Shown one piece after another: positions 14,605-26,760 of a stretch of DNA of 64,000 nt; position 1 is the stretch's first letter, and each line of letters opens with the position of its first letter. The position numbers and the translations under genes are program-made. Origin of the DNA: Lama glama (Eukaryota); contig CM052818.1 in NCBI GenBank assembly GCA_028534125.1, positions 15,192,001-15,256,000 of the forward strand. Direction: 5' to 3'. A model generated the notes under the pieces. The model saw nothing but the letters and a program-made list of their open reading frames with translations, did not search any database and had not been told where the DNA came from.

Positions 14605-15226
14605 GACTGAGGACCATGAGAGCAGAGCTGAGCAGAGAAAGCCCCACTTCAGTGCTGAAAGCTGTGGGACTTCAGAGGAGGAAGAGCTCATTTCTGGCTT
14701 GAGGCCTAATGGAAATCGGGGGTCAGGAAAGCTACGACTAACGACTGGGCAGATGGGGTGGGGGTGGCGTTCAGGGAAGATGATGAGAAAGACATGGAAT
14801 GGAAGAGGCCTGGTGGTTGGCGGTGGAGGAGTGGAGGGTAACCCAGCTGCCTGGAGTGAAGGGTGCACATGGAGGAGGGTGAAAGATGAAGCTGGGCTAG
14901 GAAGGAGGAGTGTAAGAGCGAGGGTCTGGGAAGCCAGGCTGAGAAGTGAGAACTCTGTTTGTAGCTAATGAGACTTTTGTCAAAGGAGTCATTTAAGCAA
15001 CTTGTTTTGGTTGGATGGTTTACTGTGGATAAGAGCGAAGAAAAAGGGAAACCCCAGTTGGGAGATTACTGGAATAGTCCAGATGTGCTATGTAAGGCTG
15101 GACTAGGATGACGAGGAGGGCATGAAAAGCAAGGCAAAAAGGCAAGACATAGGAGGAAGGAAAAGTCATCAGGTGCCCAGTGGATACAAGGATCCAGGGA
15201 GAGAAGAAAGTTAAGAATAGGAAGAA

Positions 15227-15398
15227 ACAACAAGTTACTGCTGTAGAGCACAGGGGACTATATTCAATGTCTTGTAATAACCTATAATGAAAAAGAATCT
15301 GAAAAAGAATAGATATGTGTATGTAACTGAATCACCGTGCTGTACACCAGAAACTTACACAACATTGTGAATCAACTATACTTCAATTAAAAAAAGAA
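15227..15398 (+). mobile_element. 5'-truncated young L1 3' end
   Basis: cacaggggactatattcaatgtcttgtaataacctataatg...aactatacttcaattaaaa; exact 14-bp TSD aagaataggaagaa at 15213-15226 and 15399-15412; TT/AAGA target site. Confidence 0.9.
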
Positions 15399-15639
15399 AA
15401 GAATAGGAAGAAGAGGGTTTAGGAATGAGCTGGAAGACAGCAGGTGGAAGGTAGGTATGTGGGACCCGTGAGCTTTCGAGTAAGATGAAAATGGAATCCA
15501 ATTTGTCTTTTACGAGGATCTCTATGTAAATGGGAGTTCAGAAAAACTGGAGGCAGAGAACTCTCAGAAAATTGTATAATCTGTCCAGATAAAAAATGAT
15601 GTGCTGGGATCAAGGTCAACAGAACGAGAGTTATTTTTA

Positions 15640-15826
15640 TTTATTTATGTTTTTTATTTTTTATTTTTTACATGCTCTTGTGTTGAGGGCTGACTTTCAA
15701 TAGATGGCAGCAAGGGAGCTGCTCTGCTCCTTAGAAACCCCGACCCAGAAGCAGGTCGTCTACGAATGGTTTAGTACCAGGTTTCCCACGAACGTGTGGT
15801 GTGTGATGGTGGTGGAGGATGGTGGT
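15640..15826 (-). pseudogene. Retroposed 3'-terminal fragment of 28S (LSU) rRNA with poly(A) tail
   Basis: 15670-15810 is the reverse complement of the mammalian 28S 3' end (...GGAACCTGGCGCTAAACCATTCGTAGACGACCTGCTTCTGGGTCGGGGTTTCG...CTATTGAAAGTCAGCCCTCGACACAAG) with CpG decay; T-rich tail 15640-15669; TSD gttattttta at 15630-15639 and 15827-15836. Confidence 0.93.
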
Positions 15827-16519
15827 GTTATTTTTAAATTATAATGTAGAAGAGAAGAGAGAGGAGTTGAAGATGACTCAGGTTTCTACCTGTGGAAAGT
15901 AGGTGGATGGGGACATCTATTCCTGGAAACCAGGGAGACAGGCAAGGAAGGGTTTTGCGGAGGGTGGTGATTGGTTCAGCTTTGGGCATGCTGAGTACGG
16001 AGTGATTTTAAGACATCCAGGGGACGATGTTCAGGCGGTGATTGGAAATAAAAAACAGGAGCTCACTGGAGACACGGGATGAAAATAGACCTGTGAGTGA
16101 GCAGCACAGACGTATAAGTAGAAGCAGATCTTATAGGATGAGAATCGGACCAAGGATGGGCTCCTGGGTAACTTCAAGCATATGAGGCATTTTATAGTCT
16201 ATACAGAGCTTTAACAGCCATTACATCTTTTGGTCATTGGAACCCTGTGGGGTAGGTGGTGAAGGTTTCATTATAGGCTGGGAGTCTTGGCAAGACAAAT
16301 GCTTGAAGATGGGGAGATCCAGTGGCCTAATACCATAGTGATTTCCTAACTTCACGGAGGAAATTTGTCCATTTTTCTTTATCATCTCTTTATTGCTTAT
16401 AGGTCTTTGGAGGAAACATTTTCTTCTCTACTTTTTGAGCTGAACTTTTTATCTGAGCAGCATCGCCAGGAGAGGAATTTGTTTTAGAAGACAAAGGGCC
16501 ATGAAGTGGATAGGATATA

Positions 16520-17035
16520 TGTGTATCAATCAGGAATGCTTTCAGCTGCAGGTGACTAAGGGGGCGGGGGTTAAACAAATAGGGATTTGTTTTACTTATA
16601 TGATGAGGTCTGGGAGAGGGAATTGAAGGTGTTGGTTCAGCAGTTCAGTGACATTAGGTCTTCTGTTTCTAATTCTCTTGGCTTTTATCTAATGGTTGTT
16701 AAATGATTTCCATGCTCCGAGCATCATGTCCCCCTTTAGTGCAAGAAAAAGGGAGGATACCATCTATAATGATTTTTTTTTTCAAATCAAGAAAGCAGAA
16801 ACTCAGTAAAAAAATTTTTTTTAAAAATCAAGAAAGCAGAAACCGAACCACAAATGCTACAGAAGTCTTCCTCTTACTTCTCATTGTCCAGAACTGTGTC
16901 ATGCCTTCACTCCTAGCTTCTCTCAGTGTTTAGGAAAGTGAGTATTTAGCTTTCCAGCCCCTATAATGGAGCCAGGCAAAAAAGAAAGGACTTGGAAGAG
17001 ACATTTGGCTGGCCAACCAGCAAGGTCTACCACTC
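16520..17035 (-). mobile_element. MaLR LTR (MLT1K/L-like)
   Basis: tgtatcaatcaggaatgctttcagctgcaggtgac start; ctcattgtccagaactgtgtcatg and ggaaagtgagtatttagctttccagcc motifs. Confidence 0.7.
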
Positions 17036-17179
17036 ATATCACCTAATCCTGCTGCCTTGTCTCAATCACAGTATTTATTATTGTGGTTAAAAACCGCAAC
17101 CATAAAAGTAATAGAGCAATGGAAGTAATCCCTGGTTACTGCATAGCATGTTTTACTCTTAAAAATTTTTTTTTCCACA

Positions 17180-17330
17180 TTTTCAAAAATTCGTGTTCTT
17201 TCCTTACTGCAATTCTAGAAGGTTGTATTCTTTGACAAGTGAGGAAACTGAGTCCAAGAGTGACTTGCCTGATGTCATGGAGTGGGTGGGTAGCAGAGCC
17301 AGAATGATGTGATTCTGTTAGCCTGCCCAT
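17180..17330 (-). mobile_element. MIR SINE
   Basis: tttgacaagtgaggaaactgagtccaagagtgacttgcctgatgtcat. Confidence 0.7.
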
Positions 17331-18699
17331 GAACATAAATAAATCAAGACAAAGACCTCAAGTCTCCTGACCTCCCAGCCCTGAACCACAGAGCCTTTTG
17401 TTCAAATGCTAAAATAGTTATTATTCCAAGTTCTAGGCCTTACATCTTGATGATGAGTTAGAATTTGTGCTCTGAGTGTCAGGGTATCCTTCAGGGCTTC
17501 CCACACCGTCTTTGGTCATAGATGAGTAGGGACCGTAAGAAGTTGGAGAAACACTATTGGGGCCCTTTTCCTCCCTGCTGTTATAATTCTTCCTCCCACC
17601 TCCCCTCACAGCTGAATAGATGCTGTAGAGTTTGAGACAAAAGCAACTTTATTAATCATAAAAATGTAATAAGGCATCTAGGAAACTTGATAAATAGGAG
17701 ATAGTCAGCTGTAAATGAAACCACACATATAATTGTAGCCCAACTGCTGGTGCCCTGAGATTCTCCAGGCGGCCAGGATCACTCTGCTAATTAAATTTGT
17801 CTGCAGACCCCAGACCATGAGTAGTGAGACACCCAGTGCCCCTCTTCACATCTCCTGACGTTCCTGGAGGAGAGATGTAGAGTTTTCCAGTGACTTCTTG
17901 TTCTGGTTCTTCTCTTTTTGCTTAATTATTTCAGTTTATGATCTACTTCACCAAAATGAATATGTATGTACCAAAAAGTATATAATCCCATTTTGAATCT
18001 TACCACTTTGTGAATAAGAAGAGGTTCTGATTCTTTCATTTTCTCAAAATATCACCTACACGTGGCTGTGTACATTTCAGACTTTGTCTAAGCTTCAGTG
18101 TCCTGCGCAGGAGAACCAGGGCCAGGATGAGGTTGAGGCCAGCACCACAGGACGTTAAGAGGGAGCAGCTACTCAACTTTTGCCCCCTAGGTGCCTCTCT
18201 AACCACACCCTAGTCTGCCTCTGGGGATGACATCCCGTCATGGAAAAGCAAATGACTTAAGACCAAATAATAAGCATGTCTGTACTTTCAGTTTCTAAGT
18301 CTTTCATCCCCAGATCTCCTGTACAGAGCCTGGCTGCCTCTCTCTGTGTGGCACATTCCTTATGATCCTTTAGAAAACCACCCATCTGCCCGTTCCTCTC
18401 CTCTTAATTCCCTTTAGCTCAAGGCTGTGCTCCCAGAGCCTTCATCCATCATTTGTAAGAGGCCACAAAGAGTTTTGGCTCAACAAAGATCTTGTTCTAC
18501 CTAAGAAGAACTCCGGTGCAGGCCCATAATTGCAGACTGTCAATCTACAGAGACATGGCAGATGAATGTATCTGGGACCAAGTCTCTGAAAATGATAGAA
18601 CTCTGGAGTCAGCTGACCATACTCGGAAGGAGACCTTCTCACTGGGAAGTAGTGCAGCAAGGTGGACAGAGTCCTGACCTTAGAGTCCTGATGTTGAAG

Positions 18700-18870
18700 C
18701 TGACTAGCTTAGGGTTGTGGAGGTGGGTACCTGCTTGCAACATATGTCATGTGAACTTGAACCAGTCTCTTAACGGTCTTGAGTCTCAGTTTACTCATCT
18801 GTAAAATGGTGGCTAATACCCCTATGTTGTTGTTCTTTAAACTATACAGTGCTCGAAAATGCTATTATTA
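18700..18870 (+). mobile_element. MIR SINE
   Basis: gtgaacttgaaccagtctcttaacggtcttgagtctcagtttactcatctgtaaaatgg. Confidence 0.75.
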
Positions 18871-20957
18871 TAACAGCAACAAAATAAAGACAGGCTCAGG
18901 AATGTTTATTAAAGCAAACTTCCTATTGTCCAGGTACAGCTCGTGTGGCTGGAGTCGGGGCGTAACTTGGATTGAGGTGAGTTACCTGAGGTGTGTGGGG
19001 CACGAAAGGCCCCTTTTCTGGAAGGGGAGGCCACCGTGTTTTCTGCACAACGACTCGTTGCAGGAAGTCTCCCCTCCCAGAGCTCCTCCCTCAGGAGTAC
19101 CAATTAGGAAGGGGCTGAAGAGGCAAGTCCAATCAATGACTAATTGCCCAAAGTAATAGAAGAATTTCAACCAGCCTCTGAATGATCGCTCAAGAGACTG
19201 TTTGGTACATGTACCACGTGGTGGGAGCAGCCTGAGGAAAACACACAGAAACCTCTTCTCTGTTGGGGGTCTCTCATTCAAGGGCGTTTTGAAAGCATCC
19301 CTTGACTAGGAGCCTGTTGAGACAGTCTGCGGAAGTAATACTCAGGACTCCTTCTGTTTGTGTCGCGTGTATGGGTTTAATTTTCAATGTCAGCCAGAGG
19401 ACAGGGTGGAATCCTATGCAGTATTCAGTGTTGGCGCTGGGAAAGTGGTTGGCACTTGACTCTGTTATTTTCCTTTTATTTTTGAGAGGGCATCAGTATA
19501 CTCTAAGACAAGTGCTTTCCTACTGCGGCATCTCTTCTTTATTGGTGGATTGAAAACATGGAAAATTGTAGCTAAAATTTTTTCTCCCTGGTAGTTCCAA
19601 CTAGAAGAGCTGTATTTCAAAAAATTAATCCTCTGAGTCAAGCAAATACATTTGCTGGAAGTTAAGGTGGAAACATGGCTTCTTGAGCGATGAGGGTGCT
19701 CTTCAGAGCTGCATGTTCTTAAAGCACTGAGAATCAGCCTCACTTTCCTCTGAGATGTACAGGAGGGACTCAGCGAGCAGTGGCTTGCCGAAACGAGGAA
19801 GAGACTTTTCCATTGTTCTAGTTTTATTTCAGAAGTTTCTAATTAGAAATGACTGGGAAAATTGTTTCTGGAGTAATAAAGCAGGGCACACACCTTATTT
19901 GATTCATAACAAATGGGAAAATGTGAAATTAACCAAAATCTTAGATTAAGAAAGTGAGACAAAGTATTAACCTTCTGGTTGTTTTACTTCAGTGCTTCTT
20001 AACAGTAATAATTAAATCCTAACTTCTTTATTTTACTTACTTATTTTGAAATGCAGAAAAGAATTCTTTTTCGTTGTCGTTTGGGAAAACCTATTGGCCT
20101 GTTTGCAGAGAAAAGTACTGGTGTTTGCTCTAAATATTCCCACGTCCAAGTGCAGTAAGGACGCACATTCCCATTTGTAGTTCAGGACTTAGTAAGCGAG
20201 GCAAAATTCCTCTACCATCTATGGGGAATTGAAGTGTAAATTTTTAAAAATCACAGTAGCAGGAGAGTCAAATGCATTTTCCATGGTCAGCCCTGCTTTA
20301 TTAGTAGGATGCTATACTTCAGTTCCATTACATTTTCAATAAGTGGGGCTGAATTTTAGGGAATTGGTATAATCTATCAGAAGGTGCTTGCAGCTGTGAT
20401 TCAGTAAAATGCCCGCATGTGGAGGAATTGCAAATGCCGCTAGAACCCAGCGAGTCCTGGTGACTTGAGAATATTACATCATTTTTACTGTAAGTGTTGA
20501 TGTCAGTGTGTTACCATGTCTGTAATTCACTTTAAATACTTCAGCATAGATGGGATAACATTAAGAATGTGTGAGTTCATTTAAGCCACATTTTAGGAGC
20601 AGCCAGTTGACCTAATCAGTTCATGTTCCAGGAGCGTTTGGTTAACAACCCAGAGAAAGGCTATACCTCAGATGGGGCTACTGGGGACCTCTCTTTTATT
20701 TATTTTTTTGGTCAACCCCAAAGATTTCATCAATTTGCACAATAGGTATGAGCAATGAGTTTTAACAGGTGAAATTAGTGCTAGTGTAATGGATGTTTGG
20801 AAAGGGGTCACACTGGTGAAATGTGTTACTCAAAAAGGAGGGGTCAGTTAAAATATTTTCGAGAAACTCGCTACCTTTGTATAAATGAATATAAAAGCCC
20901 AGCAAACTCTGTAGTGTGTACCTTTAGGGATGTCTCATTACCAAACGCCTCCAGTGT

Positions 20958-21174
20958 AGGTATTGGCAATCTTTTCCTATAAGCAACCATATAGTAAATA
21001 TTTAATGCTTTACCAACTATGTGGTCTCTGCTCCGGCTACTCAGCTCTGCCTTTGTCCCCTGAAGGCAGTCATAGACTGTACAAGAATGGACATGGTGTG
21101 CTCCAACTGAATTTTGTTTATGAAACCGGGCAGGGCCAGATGTGGCCCAGGGATAGACGTTTGCTGACCCCCTG
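20958..21174. mobile_element. MER58A-like hAT-Charlie MITE
   Basis: ggtattggcaatcttttcctataag...atagtaaatattt...gggccagatgtggccc...gtttgctgacccctg. Confidence 0.75.
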
Positions 21175-21413
21175 CTCTAGGGTATTTTTTCATCGGTCCC
21201 GGGGTGAATCTTTCAGGCCAAGTTGGATCACCAAAAATGACGGAATCCTGGGACGTCCGGAGTGGAAAGAGCAGATTGTAAGGACTATTTTGGGTTACTC
21301 ACTGAAAAATATTAGCATGTGTGGTCAAATTTGGTTACAGACTTGTTCCCGTAGACTCTCATAGAAGGGAATTAGATAAGCCTCATACGTCTAAAAAGTG
21401 CCGGTGGCTGTAC

Positions 21414-21845
21414 TGTGAAGGAAAAGCCCAGCTGGGCTAACAAGCTAACTCACAAATCTAAGTGTAACAAGTGTCGGATTACTGATCTGAGTTCTGCTGG
21501 GCTAACTTGTAAATCTGAGTTAATTATTGTTGGTTTGCTGATTCCCTGTTCATGTTTTTTTTGCTAGCCAGCTGGGTTTTCAAAGAGACATATCTGGCCT
21601 TGAAATGTTGGTTTCCTGCCTCCCTGCCTCTACTTCTGTGATAATGATGTTGCTAAAGCTGTTCCATGCCTATTGGCCAAATACCCCAAGCTTGTAATTA
21701 ACCCTATAAAACCTCATGCACACGTCTTGGAGGTGCTCAGAGCTTCGGAGCAGAAGCCCCTCTGAGCCCGCCGGCGTAATACATCTGAGTACTCCAACCC
21801 TCCGAGTGGTGCTTGTTTCTTGGCTGGCCTGTCATTTCCGTAACA
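21414..21845 (+). mobile_element. Young ERV1-type solo LTR (family B, copy 1)
   Basis: TGTGAAGG...GTAACA ends; exact TSD GTAC (21410-21413, 21846-21849); ATTGG at 21672, TATAAAA at 21705-21711, AATACA at 21778; CpGs retained. Confidence 0.92.
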
Positions 21846-22539
21846 GTACTAACCTACCAACTTAATGGTTGGGTGTACTGAACTGGCCTAAGCCATGACC
21901 TTGAATGCCTTAGGCAAGATCGGAAGCTCCTCTTAGCTGGTGGCCCCGCTCTTGCAGTGAGTCATGGTTGTGCCTGCATGGGGTACGTGCTCAGTGTAGA
22001 TTGGTTGAATTAGTGAATGGATTTATTTTTGCTTGGCCATTGAGTATGAGGTGGGCTCTTTCTTGGGGTCCTGGTTTGCTTAGCGTATAACTCAGTGTGA
22101 GTATGGGAATGAGGTAGACATGTGGATTAAAACTTGTGCAAATGTATAGTATTGACATTAGAGATGTTAAGTCATAAAGTTAGCACTGTTGTCCAGTGAA
22201 AGTCTGCTTCACATCAGGTTGCATGGAGGAGGAAAATAAAAAAGATTATGAGCATTGTATACAAATTATTTTTTTGGCTCACCTTGTTTGATTTAGTCAA
22301 CATGACTTGGAGATGAAATTTTAATTTTTGCAGTCAGCTAACCCTCATTGTAGATAATCCACTAAAGATAGTTGGTGTAATAAATTATTGTCTGTAACTG
22401 GAAGAAGGGGGGAGTGGCTCCTTTTTTCTTCTTATTCAGCTTTTATTTTCCTTGCTTTTCTCTACAGCCCTTCCTATTACAATGAACATTTGCTTGTTTT
22501 AATATATGTCTTGTTATTTGCAAATTAAGCAAATTTTAA

Positions 22540-22637
22540 AAAATTTTCCTATTTTGCATTCTTTTTTATTGAAGTATAGTTGGTTTATAATGTGTCAATT
22601 TCTGGTGTATAGCATAATGTTTCAGTCATACATATAT
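22540..22637 (-). mobile_element. Short young L1 3' end
   Basis: ttttttattgaagtatagttggtttataatgtgtcaatttctggtgtatagcataatgtttcagtcatac is the reverse complement of the L1 terminus also seen at 37200-37270. Confidence 0.85.
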
Positions 22638-22894
22638 AAATGCAGATGTTTTTAAAGCAACTCTTACGTGCAGAGCACTGTGCCTGAAGGCACAGGAATA
22701 AAAAAGACACAATCCCTGATCATCAGGTCCAATGGAGGAAGTCAGGGGAGCCCTTTTTCCTTTGGGGAAAATCACGGAGCACTTCATTTTTTCTGGACCT
22801 TAAAGAACAGGTAGGATTTGGATGGATGATGGTAAGGGCTTCCTGGTAGGGAGAACTGGGTGAATTGTGATTCAAAGGTGGGAAAGTTCTGGGT

Positions 22895-23390
22895 TGTTGG
22901 GGTGCATCCTGCAGGCCTGCAAGCCTTGTAGGTGCCAAGCCTCCAGACGGAAGAAGGAACTTGGAGGCAGCAACAAGAGATCAGTGGTTTATTGAATAGG
23001 GATGGAATCTTAAATGTCTGAAACAAAGGGTCCTGGAGCGAAGCCCCACTGTGGACAGCAGACAGCAGGCAGGTCGCGGCAGCACTTTTTGCTACTTGGG
23101 AAAGGAGGAGGGTCCCATTTATGGGGGAATTGACATCAGGTTGGCTCATCAGTTACCAGGGAAACCAGTGGCTGGGGCAGGGAGTCTGCACCTAGGCAGT
23201 TACGATTAAGCCCTATAATTTAGAGGATTGGGTGGCCATGTGAGTGAAGCAGGGGCTGGTCGAGCAGGGGGTGCACAGAGAGCAAGAGAACAGCCATTTT
23301 GAATGGCTTGACCGCACAGGAGTGTGTTCGCATAAAGGTAAACAGTCTAAGGTCAGGTCTTGAGGGGGCCATGTTCTTCTTGTATGTCTT
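22895..23390 (-). mobile_element. ERV solo LTR (family C)
   Basis: Starts TGTTGGGG; minus-strand AATAAA at 22988-22993; putative TSD GGGT at 22891-22894 and 23391-23394; right end lacks canonical CA; sits in L2-like sequence. Confidence 0.6.
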
Positions 23391-23698
23391 GGGTGCCTGG
23401 GGGTTTGTGAGGGATGGTGGTAAGTCAGCTTGGGGGTTGGATCATGACTACCCCAGGATGAGCTCTTTTGGTGGCTGGAGAACCCCACTGCCCTAAAAGC
23501 AGTGCTTGACAAGTGATATGACTTGTGTTTTGACACCTGCTGGTCTGTTCTGAGAGGACAAGAGCCAGGGTTATGTGTGATGCTGAGTGGTCACCAGGAG
23601 GGAAGGGAAAGCTGTGACACTGAAGGTGGCCCCACCTCTAGGACTGAGGGGCTAGTCTGAGGAAGCCTTGAGAGAGTGAGAGAAAATACTGCCAGTGC

Positions 23699-24131
23699 TG
23701 TTGCGAAACTAGCCTCTGCTACCTGAAAGCCAGACTGAGACTGGGAGAGAGATTTGGGAGAAAAAGAACAGCTTGATTGCTTTGCCAGGCAAAGGGGAGT
23801 CAGCAGGCTAATGCCTTAGCGACTGTGAATCCCTCTTGGGGTTGGGGTCTTGAGGTTTTATAGAAGAGCTGGATGGAACAAGAAGGTGGTAACAATCAGG
23901 ACGTTTCATTTCACAGGGCGCTACATTCTTCTTAAACTCCATGGTCTTCCTGGCGGCGTTGGAGGAATTTCAGAGGGTCTGTCCATTCTTCTGAGATTAT
24001 AGGCCCATTACCTCCTTCCTGGTTAAAGCTATTGAATGTTGGAGAGGTTGTTTAGCATAAAAAGCTAAGGGAGAGAAAGCAAATTGCAGGAATTCTTAGA
24101 AAGCATCGGCATCAGGGAAGTTAGTTTCCTA
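23699..24131 (-). mobile_element. ERV1-type solo LTR (family D)
   Basis: TGTTGCGAAAC start; gcttgattgctttgccaggcaaagggg...gcaggctaatgcc motif of artiodactyl ERV1 LTRs; minus-strand TATA (ttttatag near 23856); right end approximate. Confidence 0.65.
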
Positions 24132-24299
24132 CGCCTTCACTAGGGCTGCCGAGACTCTCGCCTCGGGTCCCCTGCCTCCCTCCTGGCCTGGGTGAAGGAA
24201 GGCCTTCCATGCTGTACTGAGGAGCTTGAATTTTCATCTGTGGGGGCAAGGGAGTCTGTGAAGAGTTCTGCTTGTAGGTAGTGGATGCATCGGCGAGGG

Positions 24300-24520
24300 G
24301 GCAGCATGAACTTGGCAGTCGGGCTGCTTGGCTTTGAGCCTTGGCTTTACTGTTCACCATGGCGTGGCCTTGGCTTGTCATTTAGCCATTTTGTGCCTTT
24401 GTCAGTTGGGGATAATGGTACCTCCTCCCTTGGGTTTGCTGTAAAGATTAAATAAGATAATACATGGAATGAGCTAGAATCCTGCCTAGTTCATGGGTGC
24501 TCAGTAAATATTAGGATCAG
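24300..24520 (+). mobile_element. MIR SINE
   Basis: gggataatggtacctcctcccttgggtttgctgtaaagattaaataagataatacatg...gtgctcagtaaatatt. Confidence 0.7.
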
Positions 24521-24924
24521 TGTACTTTATACACACATACATATTCAATGGTGTGTACATGAAGCTGCCTATGTGCACAGCTTAATCCTTGCGATGGTAT
24601 TGGGGCAGGGTTAGGGTGCATCATTCCACGGGCCTCAGAACAAGGAAATGATCTGAGCAAGAGTTGAAACCAGGCCTATCCCTAAGGCTGTTCAGCTCCC
24701 AGTCCCCTGCTTTCCTGTGACATCACTGTTGCCCCAGCAACAATAAGATCTCTTCTCAAAGCCAGCTCTAAATATTTCCCAATGATGGCAGGTTCTGGCA
24801 TCTTTTTGGGTGAACACATTAGTAGCCCCTAGGGATTAAGGCAAAGCAAAGACTTCTTTTCAGCACGTGTGGATGGGTAGTTATGCAAAAGTTTTCGAGA
24901 GAGGAGAGTGTATATATATCAAGT

Positions 24925-25419
24925 TGTTGACTGAAATAAACGCACAGCGTAAAAGTTAAGAGTTATGTTTTATTTGGCGGACATTTCTGAGGACTCGAAC
25001 TCCTTCGCCCGAGGTTGACAGCCTTCAGCTCTGAGGGGCTGCTCCAAAGAGGTAGGGGAGGAGCCAGGATATAAAGGAGCTTTATTTACAGCAAAGACCA
25101 GGTAATTGGAACATTAAAAGATTACTTGTTAACTAAAGAAAAGCAGGCATCTCAAGTTAAAGAATTTAGTGCTTTTCTATGTATGGGAGGAAGCAAACAT
25201 GTGGGCTCATTGAATTCATTCCTTTGACAAGCACCCAGCTATCTAGGGCCAGCATCTTGTCCTTTCTTATTCTGAGTCCGCTCAGAGTGCCCCATTGTGA
25301 GTGGCTGCAGAGGCTGGGCTGCAGGCTTGTTTTCCCTGGGGGTGGTGGCAGCTGCTGCTGACTTAATGGTTTCAGCATTCTTCGTTTACTGATAAGGTTT
25401 GCAGTATTTTTCATTCACA
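24925..25419 (-). mobile_element. ERV1 solo LTR, MER41_BT-like (family E)
   Basis: TGTTGACTG...CATTCACA ends; exact TSD AAGT (24921-24924, 25420-25423); minus-strand AATAAA at 24969-24974; resembles remembered artiodactyl MER41-like consensus. Confidence 0.85.
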
Positions 25420-26011
25420 AAGTATTCCCTGGCTTCTGTGAAAATTACCTTGAATTTTGGAAGATTTTTTTTTCGCATTTCAAACCTCCTTTTTCTGAGA
25501 TGCTATTCTGGATGGTCAAGGCATGGGCAGGAGGTTTCAAAAAGAAGGATAACATTTCAGGTTTGCTGCTTAATGATGCTCAAAAGAAGCTATTGTAGGT
25601 GATTGGAGTGTGAACCTGCGGGCAGGGTGCATTTTAATTTCCATTTAAAGTGGGGAGCTGGCCTGACCTCATTGAGCTTTGTGAAGGTACGTACGTGCAT
25701 AGCCAATAATGAAAGTATCTTACGTTTGTAAAGGGTTTTATGCTTTGAAATGTTCTTTGACACACTTTATTATGTTTTGATCTTTCCAGTAGTTCCAAAA
25801 GGAGGCCAGAATTGTTATCCTTTTTTTGGATACATGGAAAATGAGACTCAGAAAAATGCGGTGAGGTAATCCAGTGTCAGCAGGTTACCCACGATCACAC
25901 TGGTACAATGGCAGCTCTAGAGATCATGTCTGGTGCTGTTTCTGTTGCTGTGAAACCACCTACGAGCTGTGGTGGAATCCTCCTTTTAGAGTCAAAATTA
26001 AATAATTAGTA

Positions 26012-26479
26012 TGTGAAGGAAAAACCGGGCTGGTCTGACAAGATAACTCATAATATGTCTAGGAATGTGAAGGAGAGGCTGGGCTGGTCTAACAAGATAA
26101 CTCACAAATCTAAGTATTGGAATACTGATCTGAGTTCTGCTAGACTAACTTGTAAATCTAGGTTAATTAGTGTTGGTTTGCTGTTCATGTTTTTTTGCTA
26201 GCCAGCTGGGTTTTCAAAGATACATATCTGGCTTTGGAATGTTGGTTTGCTGCCTCCCCGCCTCCACTTTTGTGATGCTGCTGCTGCTAAAGCTGTTCCA
26301 TGCCTATTGGCCGAATACCCCAAGCTTGTACTTTACCCTATAAAACCTCATGTGCACATCTTGAAGGTGCTCAGAGCTTCTGAGCAGAAGCCCCTCTGAG
26401 CCCGCCGGCGTAATACTTCTGAGTACTCCAACCCTCCGAGTGGTGCTTGTTTCTTGACTGGCCTGTCGTTTCCGTAACA
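26012..26479 (+). mobile_element. Young ERV1-type solo LTR (family B, copy 2)
   Basis: Near-identical to 21414-21845; extra ~54-bp 5' repeat unit (26012 and 26066); TATAAAA at 26339-26345; the 5' end may extend to the TGTGAA at 25949; no clean TSD. Confidence 0.88.
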
Positions 26480-26760
26480 ATTGTACTAGATACCACTTTT
26501 TACTGCACTGGATTCATGATCCAATCAGGCAAAACATGAAGCCTCTCTCTGGATCTTAAAATCCTCTTTTGAAGAATCTCAGAGGAGCTTCCATTTCCCT
26601 CATGTATTAAAATTGTATGATTCTCTTGGTCATTGACTTTCTGTAACACTTTGTTACACGACTCCTTACTTAACTTCCAGGAAGGTCAAGGGCATTTTAA
26701 TTTGCTTCCTAGGAATGGTTTGGCTATTTTGGATTCTGTAAACACGTCTAAAAAAACCTG

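Larger units (their letters stand above)
14830..16170 (-). mobile_element. L2 LINE fragment hosting two later retro-insertions
   Basis: L2 motifs such as ggagttgaagatgactcaggtttct and ggttcagctttgggcatgctgagt...agacatccag. Confidence 0.7.

Noticed and set aside
15670..15826. Functional rRNA gene
   Set aside because: Only ~150 bp, CpG-decayed, with poly(A) tail and TSD.
21414..26479. Two same-orientation LTRs as the 5' and 3' LTRs of one provirus
   Set aside because: The first LTR has its own TSD (GTAC) on both sides, no primer-binding site follows it, and the interval holds MIR, L2, L1 and unrelated LTRs rather than gag/pol/env.
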